A DNA stretch of 64,000 bases from Pelagomonas calceolata (GCA_918797485.1 CAKKNE010000003.1:4588001-4652000); one strand, 5' to 3'; counted from the first letter of the stretch, positions 43,412 to 54,387 are shown. Notes: a model not told the origin generated them from the sequence alone. Made by a program: numbers and translations.

Positions 43412-44671
43412 CTAGCTCAGCCGGCCGTAGAGCTCGAAGCGCCGCCGCTCCGGGGGCAGCTCCGGGTGCCACGCGTCGAGGACGAGGACGATCCGCGGGT
43501 CGGCGCCTTCGTGAATGACGTCGTGCTCGAACGAGTCGTCGAAGACGAGTGGCGCGGCGCCCCACTCGACGCGTTTTGCGTCGGGCGCGCCGACGCGCAG
43601 CGACGCGCCCGCCGCGGCCGCGACCGTGACGTGCGCCCGCAGCCGCGCGTTCGACGGCCCGCAGTGCGGCAGGATCTCCGTGCCCGGCTGCAGGATGCTG
43701 AACTTGGCGTTGAAGAAGGCGCCCGCCGCCCGGACGGCGGCCAGCGTCTCCGCGAACCGCGCCGCGACGCGCGCGTCAGGCACCTCGCCGTGCTTGAGCA
43801 GCGCGACTTCGTCCCAGCCCCAGTCGTCGCCCGGGGCGCCGGGCAGGCGCCGCGCCAGGCCCTCGGCCTGCCGCACGACCAGCGCGTCGGCGCGCCGCGC
43901 AAGCTCGACCGCGAGCTCGCGCCCAAACGCCGCCGTGCGACGCGCGAGCCGCTCCAGCCCGGGCAGCGCGCCCGCGGCCCACAGCGGCCGCGCCGTTAGA
44001 TTAGCCGCGTGATGCGCCGGCCGCTGGTACGGCGACGGCCAGAGGCCGCGGCCGGCGCCGCGCGCGAGGACGAGCTCCGCCGCGCGCGCCCGGCCCGCGT
44101 GTCGGAGCGCGACGGCGAGCGAGTCGAGCGCGCCCGGGTGCGCCGGGAGCAGCTTCAGGCACACGTCGCGGTAGTGCCGCGCGCGCCGCGCGGGCGGCAG
44201 CAGTGTGCGCCGCCGGTTGTACTCGGCCAGCGCGGGGGACGCGGCGTCGCGCGCCGCGACGGCCTCCGCGAGGAGCGCGAAGAGGGGGTCGTCCGGCCCC
44301 TCCGCGTCGAGGCCGAAGTCGGCGGCGACGCAGCCCGCGAGGTAGTCGTCGCGAACGGCGAAGCGCGCGCGCGTCGCCGGCCAGTCGCGTTCGAGCCGCG
44401 GCTGGACGGCCTCCGCGAGGGCCCGCACGCACCCGTCCGCGCCCGGCAATCCGACGCCGTCGCCGGTCGTGACGGACCAGGACGCGTCCTTGAGGACCTC
44501 CGTGCTTTTGAACGGCGTCCCGTCGCAGTAGGCGCGCACCGCCGCGCACACGTCGTCGCCGTCCACGAGCGCCAGCGCGGGCCGCGGCCCACCGTCGACG
44601 GGGATCGTCACGTTGCCGCCGCGCGTGAGCGCCACCGCGGCGAGGACAGACCCACCGTGCCACCGTCGCAT
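43412..44671 (-). CDS. Aspartyl/asparaginyl beta-hydroxylase-like oxygenase
   Basis: FSILQPGTEILPHCGPSNARLRAH, FDDSFEHDV, RIVLVLDAWHPEL. Confidence 0.9.
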   Translation of the reverse strand: MRRWHGGSVLAAVALTRGGNVTIPVDGGPRPALALVDGDDVCAAVRAYCDGTPFKSTEVLKDASWSVTTGDGVGLPGADGCVRALAEAVQPRLERDWPATRARFAVRDDYLAGCVAADFGLDAEGPDDPLFALLAEAVAARDAASPALAEYNRRRTLLPPARRARHYRDVCLKLLPAHPGALDSLAVALRHAGRARAAELVLARGAGRGLWPSPYQRPAHHAANLTARPLWAAGALPGLERLARRTAAFGRELAVELARRADALVVRQAEGLARRLPGAPGDDWGWDEVALLKHGEVPDARVAARFAETLAAVRAAGAFFNAKFSILQPGTEILPHCGPSNARLRAHVTVAAAAGASLRVGAPDAKRVEWGAAPLVFDDSFEHDVIHEGADPRIVLVLDAWHPELPPERRRFELYGRLS

Positions 44672-45120
44672 AGTAGTTGTTTCCCGAGGCTGCCCTTTCC
44701 AGCAGTGAAGCGTGTGCACTCTACACTTGATTCCTTCGTTTTTGGCAGCTCTATCATAGAATACACCACCCAGCGCATATGAATACATACTAGACTCAAA
44801 TGCCAGTGGGGGTAGTAGGGTACCGTAGGTAGGAAGGGCTAGAGGGTTTCTCTCTACTTCCCCTGGACGCGAGCGTCCATTAGAAGCTTCTTCTACTCAA
44901 GGATGTATCTCAGCTGGCAAATGACATTCGAATCCTATTCAAGTTGGGGGGTCGTTACGATCCCGCGGCGCCCGTGTTGTAGAGGCCTCAACAGCCCTCT
45001 GTTTACAGGAGGAGCTTTGTTTAGGGCCCCAGGGCGGTCCCGGACTTATATAAGGCTGACTCAGGTCTATCAGCTCAGGCTAGGATCGGCCGGGCCCGGG
45101 TAGTATCTCAGTAGCAATAT

Positions 45121-45375
45121 CGCAGGAGCACGCGGCCGCCCTGCGCAAGAACCGCCTTTACCGTCGCTGGGGCATCAAGACGGCGCGCGAGTACGCCCGG
45201 ATCAAGATCGACGGCCTCCGGCTCGTCGGCGGGAACCCGGACTTCACCAACGCGCCCGGGCACGGCGACGACGACGCACGCTTCTACGACCGGCAGCAAG
45301 CCTACGTACACGCTCACGGGGGATAGCTCGCCCGACACCCCTCTAGGCGCGCGCCCCCAAAACCCGAATTGACTA
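45121..45375 (+). mobile_element. 3' fragment of non-LTR family A
   Basis: Near-identical to 54131-54387; same 3' end. Confidence 0.8.
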
Positions 45376-45534
45376 CTGCGGTATAGCTATTTTCCCAATA
45401 CGGTACCTACGGTACCTACGGTACCTACGGTACCGTAGTATACCAGCTTGTACCGAGTACCGCAGGAAGTTGTAGACTGTGGGAGCAGAGCGCAGTGCGC
45501 AACCAAATGGGCCGTGGTCTCTAACTCATAACGA

Positions 45535-47271
45535 ATGGGCCGCCTCCTACTGCTGCTGTCGCTCGCGCCCCGGACCGTCGGAGGGTTCCAGCCGATGCGT
45601 GTGCGAGAGGCGCCCCGCGCCGCCGTCGTCGCGCGCGGCATCCCGAAGATGTTTCGTTGGCTCACGGACCAGTACCCGGCGATCATGGAGCGCATGGCCG
45701 ACGGCCTGCCGGCGCAGCAGAAAAAGTCGGACGTCGACGACCTGTACCTCGACATGAACGGCATCATCCACATGTGCACGCACGGCAACGACCCCGAGAT
45801 CGCGGAGACCAGCGCGCGCGACCAGCTCGTGCGCATCTTCGCCTTCACGGACAAGGTCTGCAAGATCGTCGCCCCCAAGCGCACGATCGTCCTCGCCGTC
45901 GACGGCGTCGCGCCGCGCGCGAAGATGAACCAGCAGCGGAGCCGCCGGTTCCGCTCGGCGAAGGAGCGCGAGGAGCTGCGCGCGGAACTCGTCGCGGCCG
46001 GCCGCGACGTGCCGGCCGACGCCGACGCTTTCGACTCGAACTGCATCACGCCCGGCACGGCGTTCATGGCCCAGCTCGGCGAGGCCTTCGAGGCGTGGCT
46101 CGCGCACAAGGGCGCCAACGACCCGTTCTACGAGTCGGTGGAAATCGTGTTTTCGGGCCCCGACGTCGCGGGCGAGGGCGAGCACAAGGTCATGGACTTT
46201 ATTCGGGCGCGGCAGAAGACGGAAACGCGGGGCTCGGCGAAGCACTGTTTCTACGGCTTGGACGCGGACCTGATCATGCTCGGGCTCGTGACGCACGAAC
46301 CGAAATTTCTCTTGTTGAGGGAGAAGATGTCCGTGCGGCACGCGCGGCGGGGGCGGAAGCCCAAGGATCCGCTGGAGTACACGCGGTACGACTTCGAACT
46401 GCTCGAGGTGGGCTTGCTGCGGGACATGCTGCGACTGCAGTTCGACGAGGACCGGGACGTCGAGCGGCTCGTCGACGACTTCGTGTGCCTGTGCATGCTG
46501 GTCGGCAACGACTTCCTGCCGAACGTGCCGCACCTGGAGATCGCGGACGGGTCCCTGGACCTGATGATGTCGACGTACAAGGAGCTGCGCCCGGCGCTGG
46601 GCGGCTTCGTGTCCCGTAAAGAAGCGATCCACCTGCCGCGCCTCGAACTTGTGTTTCGGAGCCTCGCGGCCTTTGAACCGCAGTACTTCGCCCGGCGGGG
46701 GCTGCAGGAGCAGAACGAGGCCTACCAGTCCCGGGACTACGCGGACGCGTACTACGCGGCCAAGTTCGGCATCGCGCCGGGCGACGCCGGGGCGCGGCGC
46801 CGCGTCGTCCGCGACTACGTCCTGGGCCTCCACTGGTGCCTGCGCTACTACCACGGGGGCTGCCGGAGCTGGGACTGGTTCTACCCGCACCTCTACGCGC
46901 CGCTCGCCTCGGACGTGGTCGACCTGGCGGACCTCGCGCTCGAGTTCCCCTCGTCGTCCTCGAGGCCGGTGCCCCCGCTCGTCCAACTCATGTCCGTGCT
47001 GCCGGCGCAGTCCTCCCGGCTCCTGCCGGAACCCTACGCCGCGCTGATGACTTCGCCGGCGTCGCCGCTGCGGGAGTTCTACCCCGCGGACTTCGAGGTC
47101 GATCCGAACGGCAAGGCCCAGCCCTGGGAGGCGGTGGTCCTCATCCCGTTCATCGACGAGGCCCTGATGGCGCAGACGCTCGCGGCCGTCGACCACGCGC
47201 GCGCATTGACGCCCGCGGAGCGGCGCCGGAACCGGGCGCGCGCGTCGCCGTGGACGTCGGGCGGCGGGTAG
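45535..47271 (+). CDS. XRN: XRN-family 5'-3' exoribonuclease (catalytic core only) with an N-terminal bipartite leader
   Basis: GIPKMFRWL, LYLDMNGIIH, DGVAPRAKMNQQRSRRF, FDSNCITPGT, GEGEHK, YGLDADLIML, GNDFLP. Confidence 0.95.
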   Translation: MGRLLLLLSLAPRTVGGFQPMRVREAPRAAVVARGIPKMFRWLTDQYPAIMERMADGLPAQQKKSDVDDLYLDMNGIIHMCTHGNDPEIAETSARDQLVRIFAFTDKVCKIVAPKRTIVLAVDGVAPRAKMNQQRSRRFRSAKEREELRAELVAAGRDVPADADAFDSNCITPGTAFMAQLGEAFEAWLAHKGANDPFYESVEIVFSGPDVAGEGEHKVMDFIRARQKTETRGSAKHCFYGLDADLIMLGLVTHEPKFLLLREKMSVRHARRGRKPKDPLEYTRYDFELLEVGLLRDMLRLQFDEDRDVERLVDDFVCLCMLVGNDFLPNVPHLEIADGSLDLMMSTYKELRPALGGFVSRKEAIHLPRLELVFRSLAAFEPQYFARRGLQEQNEAYQSRDYADAYYAAKFGIAPGDAGARRRVVRDYVLGLHWCLRYYHGGCRSWDWFYPHLYAPLASDVVDLADLALEFPSSSSRPVPPLVQLMSVLPAQSSRLLPEPYAALMTSPASPLREFYPADFEVDPNGKAQPWEAVVLIPFIDEALMAQTLAAVDHARALTPAERRRNRARASPWTSGGG

Positions 47272-47722
47272 GGTGTGTGTCCTCCTTGTTTTTTTGGGGG
47301 GCGCCGGCCGTGAATCAACCTAGGTAGCCTGAGCACATGCGGCACATGTGGGGGGTCCACATTTTGCTTCTAAAGGACACGAGACGCGGGGTATGGGGTT
47401 CAAGATGCTTCTTTTTTTCACCGTCGGGGTTCGTGTCTTAGGGAGGGTGGTGGGGGGGTGCTGCACCCCAATGCAGCCGCCGCGGAGGCGGCACCGCGGG
47501 TATACAAGCTCGCATTTCGCGTCGGCTCCGCGGCTCTAGGGGCGGCCTAGCACCATGCAAAGCAAATAAATTAGAAATCGAGGACGGAGAGGTAGAGCTC
47601 CACATCACGCAGCTTAGCACCCTTCTACCCTCTAGTGTTACAGAATTTATTATTGCTTCGACGCTCCGCGCGGCCGGAAACAAGCACGAAATGGACAGGG
47701 CCATCGCGTGTGATATATATCG

Positions 47723-49246
47723 TCAGAGCTCGTCGAGCGAGCGAAACTGCGCGCCGCGCGACGGAAAGACGAGCTCCGCGCCGCCGGCCAGGAGCATCAT
47801 CGCGACGGCCGCCGCGAGGCTACCCCTGAGCGCGCGCCGCGCCGCGCAGGAGACGGCGCGCGGCCGGCCCGCTGCCTCGAAGAGCCGCGCGGCGTCGGCG
47901 GGCGCGCGCGTGACCCGCAGGTCCCGGAGCGCGCGCCGCAGCGCCGCGAGCGCCTCGGGCGTCTCCGGGGCGCACGCAGCCTCGAGCGCCTCGAGGACGC
48001 CCGCGCCGTCGACGCCGGCGCGGGCGTCCATTTCGCCGGGCGTTTCCGGCGCGTCCGCCCCGGCGGGGAACCCGAGCACGCGGGGCGCGATCCAGGCGCG
48101 CCAGAGCCACGCGGGCGCGAGCGCCACGGCGGCCTCGAGCGCGGCCGCGCCGTAGAGGACGACCCACGCGCGCCGCGCGCAGACCGGCGTCGGCGCCGCG
48201 CGCGGCGCGCGCCCGCCGTCCGCGAGCGCCGCGCGCGCCGCGCGCCGCGCCGCGCGGTCAGCGGCGGCCCCGAGCGCGAGCCGCGCCTCGCGCGCGGCGG
48301 CGGCCGCGGTCGCGCGCGCCTCGGCGGGCAGCGCCCCGCCGCAGGCGGCGTGCGCCGCGAGCAGCGGCGCGTAGAGCAGCGCGTGGCCCCAGGCGAGGCG
48401 CGCGAGGCGGGCCCGCCGCTCAAACACGAGCGGCAGGCCGGCCGTCGAGACGAGGTCGTAGAACTTTCCGAGGCCCGCGTCCGCGCGCTCGGCGTCGAGG
48501 CGCTCGAGCGCGAGCCCGCGGCCGCCCAGCTGGACGAGGGCGCCGTCGGTCCGCCGCACGCCGACCTCGAGGAGCAGCGCGCCGGCCACGACGACCGGCC
48601 CCGCGAGCGGCCGCGGCGCCGCGGCGTCGGGCAACGGTCGCGCCGCGTCGGAGAACGCGGCCTCGAACGCGGGCAAATGATTTCCGGGTTCGCACGCGAG
48701 GTGGAGCACCGGCACGATGCCCTCGCGCGTCGCGAGGCTCTTCGCGAGGAACGCCCCGCAGCCGGCCGCGTCGTCGCCGGCCACGCACACGAGGACGAGG
48801 TCGCACGCGGCCGCGAGCGGGGCGTCCGGTCGGTTCTCGTGCAGGCGCAGGTCGGCGCGGCCCAGAACCTCGCCGCGTGTCGTGGCCACACCGGCGTCCC
48901 ACGCGACGACGCGCGGCAGCCCGGCCGCCGCCGCGCACGCCGCACGCAGGTCGGCCTTCTCCGCGGCGCCGCGCGGCGTGGGAGCGCCCCGCCGCGCGAG
49001 GAACGCGCGCAGGTCCTTTACGGGCGCGTCCGCCGGCGGCGCGGCCGCCTCCTCCGGGGGCGGGGCGGCGTCGTCGCGCCACGGCCGCACGTCCACGTCC
49101 GCGTAGCCGCCGAGCGCGAGATGGCCGCCCACGTAGCGCGCGAGCAAGCCCGAGCGCGCGCCCCGCGCGCGCGGCGAGCGCACTACGAGGACCCGCGGCC
49201 GGCTGTAGTGCGCGGGGCACCGGGAGCGGCTGCCGGGCTCCCGCAT
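47723..49246 (-). CDS. Ala-rich protein, possibly ketopantoate-reductase-like Rossmann fold
   Basis: YVGGHLALGG and CDLVLVCV resemble PanE/ApbA N-terminal motifs; gene model uncertain. Confidence 0.45.
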   Translation of the reverse strand: MREPGSRSRCPAHYSRPRVLVVRSPRARGARSGLLARYVGGHLALGGYADVDVRPWRDDAAPPPEEAAAPPADAPVKDLRAFLARRGAPTPRGAAEKADLRAACAAAAGLPRVVAWDAGVATTRGEVLGRADLRLHENRPDAPLAAACDLVLVCVAGDDAAGCGAFLAKSLATREGIVPVLHLACEPGNHLPAFEAAFSDAARPLPDAAAPRPLAGPVVVAGALLLEVGVRRTDGALVQLGGRGLALERLDAERADAGLGKFYDLVSTAGLPLVFERRARLARLAWGHALLYAPLLAAHAACGGALPAEARATAAAAAREARLALGAAADRAARRAARAALADGGRAPRAAPTPVCARRAWVVLYGAAALEAAVALAPAWLWRAWIAPRVLGFPAGADAPETPGEMDARAGVDGAGVLEALEAACAPETPEALAALRRALRDLRVTRAPADAARLFEAAGRPRAVSCAARRALRGSLAAAVAMMLLAGGAELVFPSRGAQFRSLDEL

Positions 49247-49603
49247 CAGTGAATGGAAATTGCTGTGTGAATGGAGGGATTGATTTTGAGGCTGTGAGGC
49301 ATGCTGTGCTGTAGCCTATGCATCTCTAGTGTCTCACCTGTACAGGCCGCTAGCTCAGATTTCCGGCCGAAGCCTGGAAGCCGGAAGCCGCGCCCCGGGG
49401 ACGGTATCTCCTCGGACTAGCTTCGGACGTTTGCTGAGATTTACAAAACGGGTTTCCGGGAGCTAGTTAACATAGTTAACATGACGCTATATCGGCGCGC
49501 GTAGAGAAAAAAAAATCGGGCATTATATATTTCCCGGGGTCCGTTGTGCCAGAGCACAACGAGTCGTCTTTCTATATACAGATAGCGACACTCGCGAAAT
49601 AAC

Positions 49604-49878
49604 TATAGTCAAATCGGGTTTTGGGTTTTGGGGGCACGCCCTAGGGAGGTGTCGGGGGAGCTATCCCCCGCGAGCGTGTACGTAAGCTTCAAGTTGCTGC
49701 CGGTCGTAGAAGCGTGCGTCGTCGTCGCCGTGCCCGGGCGCGTTGCGGCGTTGGTGAAGTCCGGGTTGCCGCCGACGAGCCGGAGGCCGTCGATCTTGAT
49801 CCGGGCGTACTCGTGCGCCGTCTTGATGCCCCAGCGACGGCCGTCTTGATGCCCCAGCGACGGTAGAGGCGGTTCTTG
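49604..49878 (-). mobile_element. 3' fragment of non-LTR family A with an internal tandem duplication
   Basis: Reverse complement of the family A block; CGTCTTGATGCCCCAGCGACGG duplicated. Confidence 0.8.
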
Positions 49879-50040
49879 ATAGCGACTATCTATAGCGACA
49901 TTGGCTTTCCAACTGTAAAACGGGTTTCAGAAGCCGTTTTTTCATCGGCTTTCGAGACGGTCCTGTGCATTTCAATCATGCTGCTGTCGAGAGCGCCCTA
50001 CTCCTAAGAATCACGAGTGGCCCCTCCGGGCTGCCCGGCG

Positions 50041-50658
50041 ATGGAGGTCGTCGCCACGGCGCCGGATAACGACGGAGACTGGGGGCGCGCCGCCGCGGCC
50101 ATCGACGACGGCTGGGGCGGGCGCGACGATGTGACCGAAGCGGGCGGCGCGCAGCGAGACAGGGCAACCGGCGCCGCCGCGCCAAACCCCGACGAGGGAG
50201 CGTTTTGGGCGACCGCGTTAGGCGACGGACGCGGCGGAGCGACCGCGTCGGACGCACCGCGCCACGCGGCCACCGCGCGGCGCCTTCGCGCCCTGCTGGA
50301 CTTCGATGCGCCGACCGCCGATCCCGAGCCATCCGCCGCGACCGCGCCGCCGGCCCGTGTCCTCGAGTCGCCGTCGCCTACCGCGACCGCGCCACCGCCC
50401 GCCGCCGGCGCCGAATCACCGTCGGCCGCCGCGCCCGCGCCGCCGGCCGCCGGCGCCGAACCACCACCGGCCGCCGCGCCCGCGTCGCCCGCAGCCACGG
50501 CGCTGCCACCGGCTGCCACCGCCGCGCGGTCCTCGGGGAACGCCGCACAGGCCGTCGGCGGCTGGCTGGTCTCGGCCGAGCGGCCGTGGCGCGAGCGGCT
50601 CGCTGCGCTCGAGCGCGCGGCGCACGACGCGCGCTGTCGCGCGGCGGAGGCGCTCGGC

Positions 50659-50694
<36 letters not shown>

Positions 50695-51675
50695 ACGAAG
50701 GCAGAGGCCGGGGCCGCTCGGGTCGCGCCGCCGCCGCCGCCCGCGGCGCGGGCTCTGGACGGCGACGCCGCGCGGTGGCTTCGCGGCATGCTCCACCCGA
50801 CGAAGAATGCGGTCCTGGACTTGAGGGGCTCGTACCGCGTCTTCAAGTGCTTCCGCGGGCCCGACCACGAGTGGGTCGAGGCGCCGCGGACGGTGTTCGC
50901 GCGCGGCGTCTCCCAGGCGTGTCCCTGCTGCCGCGGCCTGCAGGTGTCGGTCACGAACTGTGTCGCGACGCGCGCGCCCGGCGTCGCCACGGCGTGGCGC
51001 GCGGCGACACGGAACGCGCCGAGCGTGCCGCCGCCCGAGCGGTGCCTCGCCTCGTCGACGGCGCGGGTCTGGCTCGCGTGCGGCGCGGGGCTGAACCACC
51101 CCGACTACCGCGCTGAGGTGCGCGCGGCATGCCTCGGGCGGGCGGCGTGCCCCGCGTGCGAGGCGGCGCAGACGTCGGACGGCGCCGCGGGCGCGCCCGC
51201 GGCGAACGTGCCGCCGTCGCCGGACGTTGACGCGGGGGGCGCCGCGCCGGTCGTCGCACCGCGCCGGTCCGGTCGCGGCGACCGCTTCGACCGCGCGCGC
51301 GCGCGCCACGAGCGCCGCGCGGCCGCGCGGGGCGACCGCGCTGCGCGCTTTGCGACGGTGCGCCGGCCGCCGCTGCCGCCCGGTCCAGACGGGGCGCGGG
51401 CGGCGGGGCTCGCCGCGCGGCGCGCCATGGATGCGGTCCTCGAGGACCTCGTCGCTGCCGCGGCCGCCGCCGCGGACGACGCGCTGCGGCGCCGTGCCGC
51501 GATGCGCCTCAAACTTTCCCGCCGGCCGCCGCCGCCGCCGCGCGCATCCACGGACACGCATCCCGCACGCCTGACGGCGCGCCGCAACCGCGCCGCGCGG
51601 CTCGCCGCCGAGAAGGCTGCCGCACGGGCCGCCGCGCGCAAGAGCCGCCTGTCGGGGGTCTGCGGCGTCATGTGA
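50041..51675 (+). CDS. Pro/Ala-rich protein with two zinc-ribbon (DUF4379-like) modules
   Basis: FKCFRGPDHEW...CPCC and VWLAC...H...CPAC. Confidence 0.65.
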
Positions 51676-51997
51676 CCCGCAACTGCCGTATGGTCCCACC
51701 CCCTTCACATGCCGATCGCGATGAATATGAATAAGTTGTGCCAGCCTAAATGGACTTTTACACCATCATGATTCAAGTTTTCGAGCAAGGAGTCATCCGA
51801 GTCAGTGACATCACGACTCGGAACTGTAATCGCCACACTCAGGGGCCACTCGACCTACTGCTCTCCGAGAGCTTCTCCGAGTCACGGACTCACGACGACT
51901 CACGGTCGACCTCGATCATGATGCCCGAAGCTCGTGCCAGTGTCGCATGCAACGTGTTCGCAACGCGCAATATACCCGTCCTAGCTACCTAGGCCAC

Positions 51998-53944
51998 CTA
52001 GCCAGACTCGCCCCGCGAACAGTGGTGCTGCAGGCACAGCAACCACTCGGACATCTCGTCGCCCGAGGCGGCCGCGAGGTGGTAGGGCCGCTCGCGTGTC
52101 TCGATCCGAATGGTGAACGGCCGGTCCGACTCGGGCCTCGGCTTGGCGCGGCACCCCGCGAGGTCCAGCGCGCCGGACCTGTGTGGAAATCAACCAGTGA
52201 GTTAGGTTATCCTGAGAAATATTGCGTGGACCTTCGTGAACCTCCACGCCATCGAACCGACGCCGTCACGGGCGACAACGTCGCGTCCATGGCCTGAAAA
52301 CTCCACGCCATCGAGCAGACGCAGCTACGGAGACAACGTCGCGTCCATGGCGTGGGGCGCCCGAAATTTGATTTCCACGCGGCGCCGGACGGCTTCGGCT
52401 CCTCCGGCCGCCGGTAGTACTCAAGCGTGCCCTCCCGCAGCGCGAAGTAGCGCCGCTGCCACTTGCCCGACGTGGCCTGCTTGTGGAGCCAGCCGCGCAG
52501 CTCGCCGTCGGGTTGCAGCGAGGACGCCGACGGCGGCGGCGCGCCCGGCGTCGAGGTGAAGTGCTGCATGATGCCGGGGAGGTCCCGCTCGATGACGTCC
52601 TCGTAGAGCTGCAGGGTTTCCTTGGACGCCTTCGGCAGCTTCGACAGGTCGTACGTGGCGAGCGTCTGCGCGTACTCGTAGGGGTTCGGGAAGTCGTTCA
52701 GGGGGACGTTGGCCTGCTGCGCGACCTTGCGGAACTCGTCCGGGAGCGTGCTCAGCAACCGCTCCTTGGCCTTGGCCTTGCCCATCATCGACGGCATCGA
52801 CCTCCGGAGGTGATTGAACCTGTGTGGAAATCAACCAGTGAGTTAGGTTATCCTGAGAAATGTTGTGTGGACCTTCGTGAGCCCCCACGCCATCGAGCCG
52901 ACACGGTCGCGAGGAAAACGTCGCGCCAATGGCGTGGAATTGCCACGCCATCGAGCAGATGCAGCTACGGAGACAACATCGCGTCGATGGCGTGGGGCGT
53001 CCGAAATTTGATTTCCACACAGGATTGAACACGAGGCAGTGGGCCCGGCCCTTGCGCACGCGCTTGATGAACTCGTTCACCTTGCGCGTCCGCGCGCCGG
53101 CGGGCAGCGCGTACAGGTCGGCCAGCAGCCGCTCGCGCTCCTCGGACATGAACCGCTCGAGCTCCGGGTTTCGCAGCGGCTTGTCCCAGAACGACGACAT
53201 GTAGCTCCGCTTGACCTCCGGCGTCTTGAACACCTTGCCGAGGAACCACATCGTGCCCCCGTAGACGTGCATGATCTCCTCCGTCGTGAGGGCGTCGGCC
53301 TTGTTTAACACCAGTCTCATCTTCTCGTCGTGCTGGTGGAGGGACTCGATGACCGTCTTGAGCTCGTCCGATATGTCGATCTTGTGCGCGTCGAAGAGGA
53401 GCAGAATCAGATCACTGCGCTCGGCGAACCACTTCACGATCTCGGCGAAGTCGTAGTTCCGGCCCATGGTCTGCTTGGAGCCGGCCAGGATGCCGGGCGT
53501 GTCGATGAGCGTGAGTTCCTTCGTGAGGTCGCACCTCAGCTCGGAGATGCAGAATTTGTTGAGGAACGCGGCGCCGTGGCGGCTGAGCGCTCGGAATGGC
53601 CGTCGCTTGTCGGCCGTCGCGGCGTTGCCCGGGATGGGCGTCGGGCTCGTGCCGTCCATCAACGCGGCGAAGCCGTCCGTCGTCGGCTCGGGGCCGATGT
53701 GGATGCCTGGAAAGTCGCGCCCCGCGAGGTAGCGGATGAACGTCGTCTTGCCCGCCGAGTACTGACCAAGCAGCAGGACCATGGGTTTCGCCAAGAGTTC
53801 CGCGTCCGACAGGAGAGACGTCGTAAACCGGTCGAAGAGCATTTGCTGCTCCGCCCCGCGCACCTTCTCGCCGTACAGGCCCACCAGCGCCTCGGCGACC
53901 GAGCCGTAGTTCGCAGGCGCATACGTGCTCTTCTTGGGGGCCAT
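51998..53944 (-). CDS. EHD: EHD/RME-1 family dynamin-like ATPase with a C-terminal PH domain; exons 53944-53031, 52819-52391, 52178-51998
   Basis: KPMVLLLGQYSAGKT, IGPEPTTD, IDTPG, LFDAHK, VLNKAD; spliced C-terminus LRGWLHKQ...KWQRRYF...EMSEWL. Confidence 0.93.
52179..52390 (-). mobile_element. Young introner element (212-bp intron) in EHD
   Basis: Perfect 8-bp TSD CGCCGGAC (52171-52178, 52383-52390); 15-bp TIRs CTGTGTGGAAATCAA / TTGATTTCCACGCGG (2 mismatches). Confidence 0.96.
52820..53030 (-). mobile_element. Pristine introner element (211-bp intron) in EHD
   Basis: Perfect 8-bp TSD GATTGAAC (52812-52819, 53023-53030); perfect 15-bp TIR CTGTGTGGAAATCAA...TTGATTTCCACACAG; highly similar to the 52179 copy. 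Confidence 0.97.
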
Positions 53945-54130
53945 GGCTAGAGTATTAGCTTCTCTAATGGGCCTTTGCGACGGCGCCCGCGGCGCGGCCG
54001 ATCGCGTCTCGTAAAACCCGTTTAAAGATAATTAGTACTTCGGAGGCACCCGCGTGCGGGGTCCGTTACGTGCGGGGTACATGCAAGGAACCTACTAGTA
54101 AACCCGCAGGCGGGTGCTTCGCAGGAGATT

Positions 54131-54387
54131 TCGCAGGAGCACGCGGCCCTGCCCAAGAACCGCCTTTACCGTCGCTGGGGCATCAAGACGGCACGCGAGT
54201 ACGCCCGGATCAAGATCGACGGCCTCCGGCTCGTCGGCGGGAACCCGGACTTCACCAACGCGCCCGGGCACGGCGACGACGACGCACGCTTCTACGACCG
54301 GCAGCAAGCTTACGTACACGCTCGCGGGGGATAGCTCCCCCGACAACCCTCTAGGCGCGCGCCCCCGCAACCCGAATATTGACTATA
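54131..54387 (+). mobile_element. 3' fragment of non-LTR family A
   Basis: Same block and 3' end as the other copies; a further stub lies at 54452-54486. Confidence 0.8.
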
